This document shows positions 1-8,644 of a stretch of DNA of 64,000 nt, piece after piece. Source of the stretch: a virus. The DNA is taken from IMG/VR virus record IMGVR_UViG_3300045988_126562; one strand, 5' to 3'. The first letter of the stretch is position 1; every line of letters starts with the position of its first letter. The position numbers were made by a program, and so were the translations under genes. A model generated the notes under the pieces. The model saw only the letters and a program-made list of their open reading frames with translations, was not told where the DNA came from and searched no databases.

Positions 1-561
1 TCAGTTGTTCCAGGTCAATCTATCGAGATTATAGTAGGAAAAGGAGGAGAAGGGTTATATCATGGGTATCCAGACACAGGAGGATATTCTCAATTTATGA
101 ACTCTAATTATAGAGCTAATGGAGGAAACCCTTCAGGCAATGGACTACTTAATGGAGAAAATTCAACTGGAGGTCCTTATACTGGTGGGAATGGTGGTAG
201 TGGAGGATCTGTAGATCAATTAGGAGATGAATTTTATGCTGGATCAGATGGATCTGATGCACCTGGAATAACGGATGACAATGGAGTATATCATCAACCT
301 GGAACAAAATATGGAGGAGGAAAAGGTCAAGGATATACAACTAGAGATTTCGGTGAACCAACAGGTAAAAGAAATGCTGGTGGCGGAGGAGCTGATAGAA
401 ATAGAGATAATGGAAATGGAGGCGAATCTGATTATGATGAAGGATGTGGTACTGGTCGAGGTACTAGAAAAAGTGGAGGATATGGCGGAGGAGGTTGCGG
501 CTCCTATGGAACTGGAGGAGATGGAACAGTGCTAATTAGATATTATGCTTATAAAGAATAA
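1..561 (+). CDS. Glycine-rich tail-fibre-like protein, 5' end truncated by window edge
   Basis: Frame 1 is open from base 1 (SVVPGQSIEIIVGKGGEG...) through the ORF-track Met at 97 to TAA 559-561. Very Gly-rich (GGNGGSGG, GGYGGGGCGSYGTGGDG) and ends GTVLIRYYAYKE, like glycine-rich phage fibre domains. Confidence 0.5.
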   Translation, partial: SVVPGQSIEIIVGKGGEGLYHGYPDTGGYSQFMNSNYRANGGNPSGNGLLNGENSTGGPYTGGNGGSGGSVDQLGDEFYAGSDGSDAPGITDDNGVYHQPGTKYGGGKGQGYTTRDFGEPTGKRNAGGGGADRNRDNGNGGESDYDEGCGTGRGTRKSGGYGGGGCGSYGTGGDGTVLIRYYAYKE

Positions 562-586
562 ATTAACCACAATGATGATAAATAGA

Positions 587-595
587 GGGGGGGGG
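587..595. repeat. G9 homopolymer tract in the intergenic region between two fibre-module genes
   Basis: Read directly: aatagaGGGGGGGGGcatc. It is the only long G/C run I noticed in this AT-rich window. It lies inside a mini-ORF (ATG 572) just upstream of the ATG at 627. Confidence 0.9.
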
Positions 596-626
596 CATCA
601 ATAAGACTCCCAACAAAAAATATTTT

Positions 627-1289
627 ATGTTAAGAAGATGTTTAGGAAGTAAAAAATTAGAATATACTCTTAATACAAATCAGGGTACACCTGATGTTTA
701 TGTAAATGGAGTATATAAAGGTACTGTAAGTAATGGAGTTTGTAAGTGGAAAGATTCCGAATATAAAACTGATGTAACAATTACCCTTCAAAATTGTACA
801 GCAGGCAATACTTATCAATCTAGTCAAAATGCAGATGCATGGATCTCTGTAGATGGAGGAACTCCATATTATGATACACAATTTAAGAAAATAACATATA
901 CTGAAGAAGGATCACATACTGTACAAGCATTATGGGGAACAGCTTACTATAATAATGTACAAAGTATAAATAGTACTGGAACTTTAAAAGCAGGAAATAC
1001 TTCTTTAACTATGAATTATAATGTATCATCCTCTTATTTAAGATTTGAACAAAGAAGCGACTCCTTACCAGTTACTTGGGAATATAGCGGAGAAGATCAA
1101 TCTTCCAATCATTGGAATGAAAAACTATGCACATTTAGTTCTTCTGGAGATACTTTATATTTTACCATAGATAATAACACTGGAGAAACTTGGGCTTCGG
1201 GATCATATGAAGCATGCGCTGTACCCAATGAAACAGGCTTACATACTGCCTATGTAGATGTAATCTTAAAAAATATAAGAAATTACTAA
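627..1289 (+). CDS. Hypothetical beta-rich protein of the tail-fibre module (possible Ig/BACON-like carbohydrate-binding fold)
   Basis: 220-aa ORF, Ser/Thr/Asn/Tyr-rich with alternating beta-strand-like pattern, located between fibre genes. No catalytic motif recognised. Confidence 0.4.
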   Translation: MLRRCLGSKKLEYTLNTNQGTPDVYVNGVYKGTVSNGVCKWKDSEYKTDVTITLQNCTAGNTYQSSQNADAWISVDGGTPYYDTQFKKITYTEEGSHTVQALWGTAYYNNVQSINSTGTLKAGNTSLTMNYNVSSSYLRFEQRSDSLPVTWEYSGEDQSSNHWNEKLCTFSSSGDTLYFTIDNNTGETWASGSYEACAVPNETGLHTAYVDVILKNIRNY

Positions 1290-1529
1290 TGAGGTAAAAG
1301 TATCCATAATTTTCAAACTACAACTATCAATAAAAAATTTTTTAAAAAAAGTTAATAATTTTCTTGCAGGTATAAAATTTTTGTCGTACCTTTAAATGAG
1401 AAAGTAGTGATACTTTATTCATTTCTGTAATGTGCAATTTTCACGACAAAATTAGAGAAATTTATTTTTACGCGTAAGATTTATTATCTCTTTAGATTTT
1501 TTGATAAATTTTAATTTTTATTTATTATC

Positions 1530-2357
1530 ATGGCAGAATTTTTAACAATGGAAGAAGCCGAAGATAAATTCGGTAAGAAAGGTACGGCTAGAGCAGGTTT
1601 AACACTGGGTATCATTGGTACAGCTCTTGCAGCTCTTGGTAACAACAATGGATGTGGTTGTGGAGGCAATGGCATTCTTGGTGGACTATTTGGAGGAAAC
1701 AACAACGGTTGTGCTATGCAAGCAGCTGAACAAGCTAAAACATTAGCTATGGCTCAGGGACAAATGGCTGATAACTTATCTTGGGCTAACAGAGTTCAGT
1801 CTTTACAAGATGATGTAGATTTATATACTTATATAAATGCTACTAATCAGAAACTTGGAAATGAAGTACAGGTTTTAACTAATCAAATCTGGAATGACAG
1901 AGTACAAGATTTAAAAGACAAGAGCGGAATGTATGTTGATCTTCTAACTAGAGACAATGCACAGAATCTTAGATTATGTGATGAACTTTATAAGAGGAGA
2001 GAACAAGATGTTCAAGAAAAAACAGACATTTTTGAAAGATTGAGTACTAGAATCAATGAACTTGAAAAGAGAGAAGCCGCTACTAGTGCTGCTATTCCTC
2101 TGATGTTTGAACTTACTCAGGTTAAGGCTAACAAGTACACTGACGACTGCTGCTGCAAGGCTGAAAAACAGAATCTTATTTCTGATGCTTATCTACAAAG
2201 GCAAATAGATCATAAGATAGACGGAGAATTAAAATATGCTTATAGTAATTTATGCGCTCCTGTTCCAAGTATCTCTCCTTTGTATTGCACACCTTTCACT
2301 TCAGTTGGTAGTGGAACTACTTGGACTGGTTGCTGCGGGTCTAACCAAAACTTATAA
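1530..2357 (+). CDS. Membrane-anchored coiled-coil protein with Cys clusters
   Basis: 275-aa ORF with an N-terminal hydrophobic segment (AGLTLGIIGTALAALG) followed by a Gly/Cys stretch (GCGCGGNGILGGLFGGNNNGC). It has a long heptad-like middle region and Cys clusters DDCCCK and TGCCGS. It is preceded by the longest non-coding gap in the window. Confidence 0.5.
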   Translation: MAEFLTMEEAEDKFGKKGTARAGLTLGIIGTALAALGNNNGCGCGGNGILGGLFGGNNNGCAMQAAEQAKTLAMAQGQMADNLSWANRVQSLQDDVDLYTYINATNQKLGNEVQVLTNQIWNDRVQDLKDKSGMYVDLLTRDNAQNLRLCDELYKRREQDVQEKTDIFERLSTRINELEKREAATSAAIPLMFELTQVKANKYTDDCCCKAEKQNLISDAYLQRQIDHKIDGELKYAYSNLCAPVPSISPLYCTPFTSVGSGTTWTGCCGSNQNL

Positions 2358-2365
2358 TAATAAAC

Positions 2366-2821
2366 ATGGCTTGTAACTGTTGCAATAACAGGAGACGCTC
2401 AACGCCTGGTTATACCCTTGTAGAAAATAGTACAGCTCAAACATGGGCTGCTACTGGAGGATTATTACAGCCTGGATTTGTTTTAGAACATTCCAGTGCT
2501 GATAATATCTCCATTTCTGGAAGCTCGTTATCTGTTGAAAATACTGGAACTTACTACATAGATGTTAAAGTAACTGGTACTCCAGCTACAGCATCTGCAA
2601 CAGTAATTCCAACTATTAATATAAACGGGATTCCTGTAGCCAGCGATCCTAGAACTGGAGGAGCCACTCCTATAGTAGAGGAATTTGGAGTAAGAACCAT
2701 AGAGTTCTTAAAGAAAGGAGATATAATTACTATTTCTAACACTGGAGCTTCTGCATTAACAATAACAGGAGTTACTTCTCCAGGATATAATGTTAGTATA
2801 GTTATAGAAAGATTTAATTGA
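2366..2821 (+). CDS. Hypothetical beta-sandwich protein (possible C1q/TNF-like receptor-binding domain)
   Basis: 151-aa ORF starting MACNCCNN. The remainder shows a beta-strand pattern (TGTYYIDVKVTGT ... KGDIITISNTG ... YNVSIVIERF) reminiscent of jelly-roll head domains. The fold call is only inference. Confidence 0.35.
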   Translation: MACNCCNNRRRSTPGYTLVENSTAQTWAATGGLLQPGFVLEHSSADNISISGSSLSVENTGTYYIDVKVTGTPATASATVIPTININGIPVASDPRTGGATPIVEEFGVRTIEFLKKGDIITISNTGASALTITGVTSPGYNVSIVIERFN

Positions 2822-2836
2822 TAAAGCTAAAGAGTA

Positions 2837-3268
2837 ATGTTTGAAAACCCTTTCGGAACTAATCTTCAAGATTTACAACAGAACTATTATCAACAGTTAG
2901 CTGCAATGCAGCAGATGCAACAAAAACAAGGTAGTAGTTCTATCTTAGAAGAAATAAATAAGGTTGTTTCCGGTATGAGTTCTGACGAACAAGCAATGAT
3001 GTCAGAATCTCCAGAATATATCATGGCAAAACAAACTTATGAAGCAGGATTTATGGGATTCTTAGGTCAAAAATTCTCTCAAGAATATGTGAATACTCAA
3101 GAGGGGAAAACTGCTGCAAATAATCTTCTTAACTCAATTAAGAGGATTAAGGATAAAGTAAGTGAGGATTTAAAAGCCAAACAAAAGAAAGTTGATGAGC
3201 TAATTCACTTACTTGAAAATGACCCAGAACTAAAGAAGAGATATGAAGAATTATCAATTGGCAAATAG
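2837..3268 (+). CDS. Hypothetical Gln-rich coiled-coil protein
   Basis: 143-aa ORF, compact spacing with neighbours, no recognisable motif. Confidence 0.4.
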   Translation: MFENPFGTNLQDLQQNYYQQLAAMQQMQQKQGSSSILEEINKVVSGMSSDEQAMMSESPEYIMAKQTYEAGFMGFLGQKFSQEYVNTQEGKTAANNLLNSIKRIKDKVSEDLKAKQKKVDELIHLLENDPELKKRYEELSIGK

Positions 3269-3273
3269 TTATT

Positions 3274-3594
3274 ATGGTAAGTGACAAAGAATTATTAATC
3301 CAAGTAGTTGAAAAATATATTAAAGGTATAGCTTCCAACTTCTTTGGTTTTTCCACACTTCCAGCTCAAACGGTTGTAACCTATGTAGTTCGGAATTGGG
3401 TGGACAAACACAATGGAATGATAGATTTATTCGTAGACAAAGATGGAAATATTAATGCACCCTTAATAGCAGATGCACTTAAATCTGAACTAAAAGCAAG
3501 AGGAGGATTTACTATTGGTAGGGTGAAGTTTAGTGATTCAGATGTAGACGAGTTATTGACAGCGTTCAATCAAGCGAAACAAAAGAATAGGTAA
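3274..3594 (+). CDS. Hypothetical protein
   Basis: 106-aa ORF, last gene before a strong intrinsic terminator. Confidence 0.4.
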   Translation: MVSDKELLIQVVEKYIKGIASNFFGFSTLPAQTVVTYVVRNWVDKHNGMIDLFVDKDGNINAPLIADALKSELKARGGFTIGRVKFSDSDVDELLTAFNQAKQKNR

Positions 3595-3600
3595 ATAAGA

Positions 3601-3641
3601 AATACCACTGGCATGTTTGTGTCAGTGGTATTGTCGTTTTT
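3601..3641 (+). terminator. Rho-independent terminator
   Basis: Perfect 10-bp stem AATACCACTG (3601-3610) / CAGTGGTATT (3623-3632), 12-nt loop, then GTCGTTTTT. Confidence 0.8.
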
Positions 3642-3706
3642 ATAGGTGTCTTTAACTTAAATTAACTTAATAGATTATTAGTTCTTTACATAAAATCTAT
3701 ATATTT

Positions 3707-4090
3707 ATGGAATTACTATTAAAAAGGATTTTTAAAGGACCTCAATATACTATAGGCAAACTTTATATAAATGGTAAATACTTCTGTGATACCCTAGAGG
3801 ATGTTGTTAGAGAAACTAAGATACCTAATGAAACCGCTATACCGCCTGGTACGTATAAAGTAATAGTTAATATGTCTCCTAGATTTAAAAGACTTTTACC
3901 CAGACTTTTAAATGTTCCAGGATTTGATGGAATCCTTATACACAGAGGAAATACCCCATCTGATACATCTGGATGTATATTAGTTGGAGAAAATAAAGTA
4001 AAAGGGAAAGTAATAAACTCTACTCCATATGAAAAAAAGCTAGTAGAGATTTTAAAAGATGAAAATGATATATCTATAACCATAGAGTGA
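3707..4090 (+). CDS. DUF5675-like protein with a YkuD-like His...S-G-C motif
   Basis: 127 aa. The pattern MELLLKR..YTIGKLYINGKYFCDTLED...TAIPPGTYKV...PGFDGILIHRGNTPSDTSGCILVG matches my recollection of the DUF5675 family common in Bacteroidota and their phages. Confidence 0.55.
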   Translation: MELLLKRIFKGPQYTIGKLYINGKYFCDTLEDVVRETKIPNETAIPPGTYKVIVNMSPRFKRLLPRLLNVPGFDGILIHRGNTPSDTSGCILVGENKVKGKVINSTPYEKKLVEILKDENDISITIE

Positions 4091-4091
4091 T

Positions 4092-7000
4092 ATGAGCAAG
4101 GAGTTAGCTAGGTCAGCTAGGGCACTGGGGAGGGACATGAATTTTTTTGGATCTAAAGAAAAAGATTTCGTGATCCAAACCAAAGGGAGAGTTAAAATTA
4201 ATTTTGGAGACAAGTTTATAGAACTATTCAATGGTAGTAAGTTTACAGTCGGCAATAGTGACGCCATAAAAACTACTAACGGAGAACCTTCTTCAACTGA
4301 TTCTGATGGATTCTATTTTGATGAGAATACTGGAACTTTGTATTTAAAAATAGGAGATAAAGTATACGAAATATTTTCTAATGCTAAATTGAAAGATGGC
4401 TTTATTTCTTACAAAGAAGAACAGTCATTGAACGGCAATGAACAAGTTTTAGCCAAAGAAAATATAGGTTCCATATTTAATACGCCAGAGGAAGCAAAAA
4501 GTAGTGGTGGATCTGGGGTAGTATATATAAAGAATGAAAACAAGGCATATATACTGCAAAATGGAATTTTATATCCTATAACAAATAATACTGAAATAAA
4601 TATAGGAGGGGATTCAGAAGGCGATGATAGTTATTATTTCGATAAAACTGTTACTATAGATATAGACGATGAAGGTATAGCTCTAATAATAGAAGGTCTA
4701 AGAAAATATATTAGAGTAGGCACGGAAGACAACCATACAGATATATATCAAACTGAAGAGGGGGGAATAATAAATTCTGATAAGTCTTTAACCATTCAAA
4801 TAGGTGGAAAAAATATAATAAATATAACTAATGGTAAAGTAGACTTTAATTCCATCATAAAAGCTTTGAAAGGCATTATTACCGACGAAATATATTCTTC
4901 TAATTATCAAAAAGGAGATCCTAGTATAGGAGAAGGTTCAGGATGGGGTATATGGATAGATAAAGAAACAGGAGAATCTTATTTACAAGTAGATAATATA
5001 TTAACTAAATCTAATAACCCTCCTGTATTTTTAAGATATCAACAAGCATTGGATATATTAAAGTCTGGAGATATAGTTCCATCAAAAATATATGTTATAA
5101 TAGATTATCAGAATGAGTGGGAAATAACCCCTGTAGAAGAAATATATGGAGAAAAATATCCAAAGGAGGGATTTGACCCAGAGAATGATTCAGAAAACCC
5201 AGATGCCTATGAAGAAGATGCTGTTAATCCAGATCCCTTATTTGGCATAGATAGGAATGTTAGACCGTTAATTTTAGAAGGAAAATCCTCCAAATCGTTC
5301 CATGATACTGTACAATACTACTATAAAGAAGATTCAGATAGTATATTAGATATGAGATATGATATTAAAGAAGATAATTACTCCATAATAGAGAAAGAAT
5401 TTGATGATGAAAATTTTGATATATCTGATACTTTCCTAGAATTTCCTAATAAGGGAAGAATATATTATGCAAGAGATTCCTGGAATAATGAAGCCCCATG
5501 TGACTTTAAACACTTTACCAACGCAGATGGTAAATATGTTTTTACTTCTCCAGATGGTAAAGATTTATCCTCTATGAATACTGTAGACTCTATAGTTTGC
5601 TCAAATAATAAAATATTAGATGTAACTATTAGAATATCTGACAGTATAAATCCTATGATAATTACAGGTAAAAGGATAAATAGTAATACTGTCGGGGGAT
5701 CGTTTGAAAATGTTTCAATAGGAGACAAAGACTCCATTATAGAATACAATTACTTCAATGGAGAAATAAAAAACTGTAATTTTACTGGAACATTTACTAA
5801 TAACTCTATAGGTTGTTTAATGGATTCCTGTGAATTTAAAAAGGATGTTATCAATAATGAATTTAATAAAGATATAAAAAAATGTACCTTTAATGAAGAA
5901 GTTAAAGATAATGTATTTGATATGTCTATGGAGGAATGTATATTTGGAAAAATCTATAGTAATCAGCTTACAGGCTCAATGAAAAAATGTGAAACTTATA
6001 ATAAAGAAAATCCTGCTGAATTTAGAGAGAATCAAATGATGGGAGATTTTTCCGAATGTAAGTGGTTAGGGAATGTTTACAGTAATGATATGAAAGTAGA
6101 CACAGTAAATAAATGTATTTTTAAGAAAGATATGTTCGGCAATCAAATAGCATCTAGTCTGTGGGAAGAAAATACATTTGAGGATACTCTAAAATTTAAT
6201 GTATTTCAAGCTGATGTAGTTAAATTTCTGGTAGAGGGATTACTCAATAATAACCAATTTATAGGCAGAATCAATGACGTTTCATTCTTTAAAGATTTAT
6301 CAAACAAAGATTATGGTATAAATAATAATATAATAAATGGAACATTTGATACCTGTAAAATTTATGTAGATTTTAGTCACAATACTATAACAGGCCCTAT
6401 ATACCTTCTAACAGCTAATGTAGGAGAAACATATATAGAAAGTACATGTCAATTTAACTATAACGATATAAAAGCTGCTTCTATACACACTATAACTACA
6501 AATGGAGACTTTAGAAGAAATAATATAAAAGCTCAATATTTTGGATTATGCACTTTTAATAATGTATTTGAATGCAATAACTTATCATATTATAATATGA
6601 GAAGTGCAACATATAATAAGATGGTAGGATGTAGTGGCAGCGGAGACACTTTTATAGGAACATTTGCTTCGGAATTTATAAATTGTGAATTCGGAAACAT
6701 ATCAAATTGTACTTTTAGAGAATCTCCAATTAAATTTGCTAAATTTAGAAACAATTTCTCTGGGCAAAATTTTGATTCTAATACTAATATACAGGATCTA
6801 GAAAAACTATATAATGATAAGCATCAGGTTGATGTATTTTTTCATAATAATAAAATAGTAGTTTCTTGTCAGGCTTGTAATGAACCATTGAAAGGAGAAA
6901 TTAAAATGTTTAATGGTTTAGCTTCTGATATACCAGAAGGATGGCATATATGTGATGGTACAGAAGGAACTCCTGATCTAACTGATAAATTTATTAAAGC

Positions 7001-7367
7001 ATCCACTACAGCAGGTCAAACAGGAGGAGCAGAGGGAGGAGAAGTAACTTTGGAAAGTGGTAATATTCCATCGCACGAACATAGTATTACATTTGATCCT
7101 TCTGGATTATCTACTAAGAAATTTATGACTGCTGATAAATATATGGAATTTGTGGTAGATGAAGGAGGAGATCATCACTACTGTATGTGGACTGGAGAAA
7201 GAGAAGGAGACAATGAACCAGGATATGAATATATAGGTATTAGAGATACCTTCACTACAGCATTTAATAGCGCCAAAGTAGGAGCTAGTTCTTCTGGTGG
7301 AGGTAGTACTACTCCTATTAATATAGAACCTCCTTATTATACTCTAATATTTATTATGAAATTGTAA
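4092..7367 (+). CDS. Tail fibre protein with beta-helix-like repeat region and C-terminal phage tail-collar domain
   Basis: 1091 aa. The C-terminal GEIKMFNGLASDIPEGWHICDGTEGTPDLTDKFIKA plus ending EPPYYTLIFIMKL is the classic tail-collar fibre signature. The central part carries about 13 degenerate C-x-F repeats. Confidence 0.75.
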   Translation: MSKELARSARALGRDMNFFGSKEKDFVIQTKGRVKINFGDKFIELFNGSKFTVGNSDAIKTTNGEPSSTDSDGFYFDENTGTLYLKIGDKVYEIFSNAKLKDGFISYKEEQSLNGNEQVLAKENIGSIFNTPEEAKSSGGSGVVYIKNENKAYILQNGILYPITNNTEINIGGDSEGDDSYYFDKTVTIDIDDEGIALIIEGLRKYIRVGTEDNHTDIYQTEEGGIINSDKSLTIQIGGKNIINITNGKVDFNSIIKALKGIITDEIYSSNYQKGDPSIGEGSGWGIWIDKETGESYLQVDNILTKSNNPPVFLRYQQALDILKSGDIVPSKIYVIIDYQNEWEITPVEEIYGEKYPKEGFDPENDSENPDAYEEDAVNPDPLFGIDRNVRPLILEGKSSKSFHDTVQYYYKEDSDSILDMRYDIKEDNYSIIEKEFDDENFDISDTFLEFPNKGRIYYARDSWNNEAPCDFKHFTNADGKYVFTSPDGKDLSSMNTVDSIVCSNNKILDVTIRISDSINPMIITGKRINSNTVGGSFENVSIGDKDSIIEYNYFNGEIKNCNFTGTFTNNSIGCLMDSCEFKKDVINNEFNKDIKKCTFNEEVKDNVFDMSMEECIFGKIYSNQLTGSMKKCETYNKENPAEFRENQMMGDFSECKWLGNVYSNDMKVDTVNKCIFKKDMFGNQIASSLWEENTFEDTLKFNVFQADVVKFLVEGLLNNNQFIGRINDVSFFKDLSNKDYGINNNIINGTFDTCKIYVDFSHNTITGPIYLLTANVGETYIESTCQFNYNDIKAASIHTITTNGDFRRNNIKAQYFGLCTFNNVFECNNLSYYNMRSATYNKMVGCSGSGDTFIGTFASEFINCEFGNISNCTFRESPIKFAKFRNNFSGQNFDSNTNIQDLEKLYNDKHQVDVFFHNNKIVVSCQACNEPLKGEIKMFNGLASDIPEGWHICDGTEGTPDLTDKFIKASTTAGQTGGAEGGEVTLESGNIPSHEHSITFDPSGLSTKKFMTADKYMEFVVDEGGDHHYCMWTGEREGDNEPGYEYIGIRDTFTTAFNSAKVGASSSGGGSTTPINIEPPYYTLIFIMKL

Positions 7368-7440
7368 AAACGTATTCAAGGTAAAATTATTTAATTAAAT
7401 GCCTTATATGCTATCATTTACAAAAATATATAATAAGGAT

Positions 7441-7471
7441 TTTGATAAGCTATTAAATATGATTAACTTTG
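7441..7471 (+). promoter_or_regulatory. Bacteroides-type sigma-A promoter (-33 TTTG / -7 TAnnTTTG)
   Basis: TTTG at 7441-7444, a 19-nt spacer, then TAACTTTG at 7464-7471. The scaffold ATG lies at 7496. Confidence 0.7.
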
Positions 7472-7495
7472 CAAATAACTTTAAAAGGGAATAAT

Positions 7496-8626
7496 ATGAC
7501 TGATGATTTAAACAATTTAGACTTTGACGACGAATTAGAAGGTGGAGAAAGTGGAGGAGGTAACGTTAGTAACCAAGAACCAGATTTCGACCCAGATAAT
7601 TACGTTAAACCATATATTGGTGTCAATGGAGAACCTGAGCCTGATATTAAGCAACGAAATGATGAGCCAGGAGATGAAGACAAAGATGATGACCTTGTAA
7701 CTGCTTTATTAAAATCTAAAGGCATTAAGGATATTACTGCAATTAAAATGGAAGCAGAAGATGGTTCAATAGAAGAAAAAGATTTTAACTCTTTATCTAG
7801 AGAAGAGCAATTATCTATTTTAATGTCTTCTGAAAGTCCAGCTGACGCCTCACCTCAGCTATATGATGATGAAATTGATTTTTTAAATGAGGTTAGAGAT
7901 AACAATATATCAGTAAATGACTACATAAACTGGATTAGGCAACAAGCTGTAGAAGATTATATTAATTCTATTAGTTCTGAAAATAGTGACATTGACTCTT
8001 TATCTGATGAGGATCTATTCCTTCTAGACTTAAAAGATACATCTCCTGACCTAACTGACGAAGAATGCATAGCTGCTTTAGAGCATGAGAAAGAAAATCA
8101 AGTATTGTGGGAGAAGAGAATGCAAGGATTAAGAAACTCCTACAAAGCTAAAGAAACAGCTCGAAGAGAAGAAGAGGAATTTCTTAGACAAGAGGAAGAA
8201 CAAAGGCAAGCAGTTGAGTTCCAAAATGCTATTCAAGAAGCAGTAGGTAGGGTAGATTCCATTGGAGAATTTGATTTAGACGATGAGGATAAAGAAGAAA
8301 TCGCTGAATTTATTCTTGGAGTAGATAAGACTGGAACACGTTATTTTGCACGTGCTTTAAATGATCCAGAAACACTAACTAGAATGGCGTGGTTCGCACT
8401 TAATGGAGAAGATGCTTTAGAAACTTTGTCTAAGTACTATAAAGAGCAGATAGATGCATACTCCAGAGCTAATTACAAAAAAGGCTTTGAGGATGGGCAA
8501 AAAGGTAAACAGCCTGATAAACCAGCTGTTACTACAAAAACTACAGTACGTAAACCAGAATCTAAAACAACACCTCAGGGAGACTACAAACCTATATCAA
8601 CTCCCTATTACATTGATTTAGATTAA
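7496..8626 (+). CDS. Putative capsid scaffolding protein
   Basis: The ORF track starts at a TTG (7469); the first ATG is 7496 (MTDDLNNLDF). The protein is highly acidic with a charged coiled-coil segment (RREEEEFLRQEEEQRQAVEF) and lies immediately upstream of the capsid gene. Confidence 0.6.
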   Translation: MTDDLNNLDFDDELEGGESGGGNVSNQEPDFDPDNYVKPYIGVNGEPEPDIKQRNDEPGDEDKDDDLVTALLKSKGIKDITAIKMEAEDGSIEEKDFNSLSREEQLSILMSSESPADASPQLYDDEIDFLNEVRDNNISVNDYINWIRQQAVEDYINSISSENSDIDSLSDEDLFLLDLKDTSPDLTDEECIAALEHEKENQVLWEKRMQGLRNSYKAKETARREEEEFLRQEEEQRQAVEFQNAIQEAVGRVDSIGEFDLDDEDKEEIAEFILGVDKTGTRYFARALNDPETLTRMAWFALNGEDALETLSKYYKEQIDAYSRANYKKGFEDGQKGKQPDKPAVTTKTTVRKPESKTTPQGDYKPISTPYYIDLD

Positions 8627-8644
8627 ATTTAAACTATAATAAAT

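Noticed and set aside
149-535. ORFs 149-340 (-) and 275-535 (+) overlapping the glycine-rich gene
   Set aside because: These are alternative frames of a repetitive GGN-rich coding region. The Gly-rich frame is open from the window edge and has a fibre-like composition.
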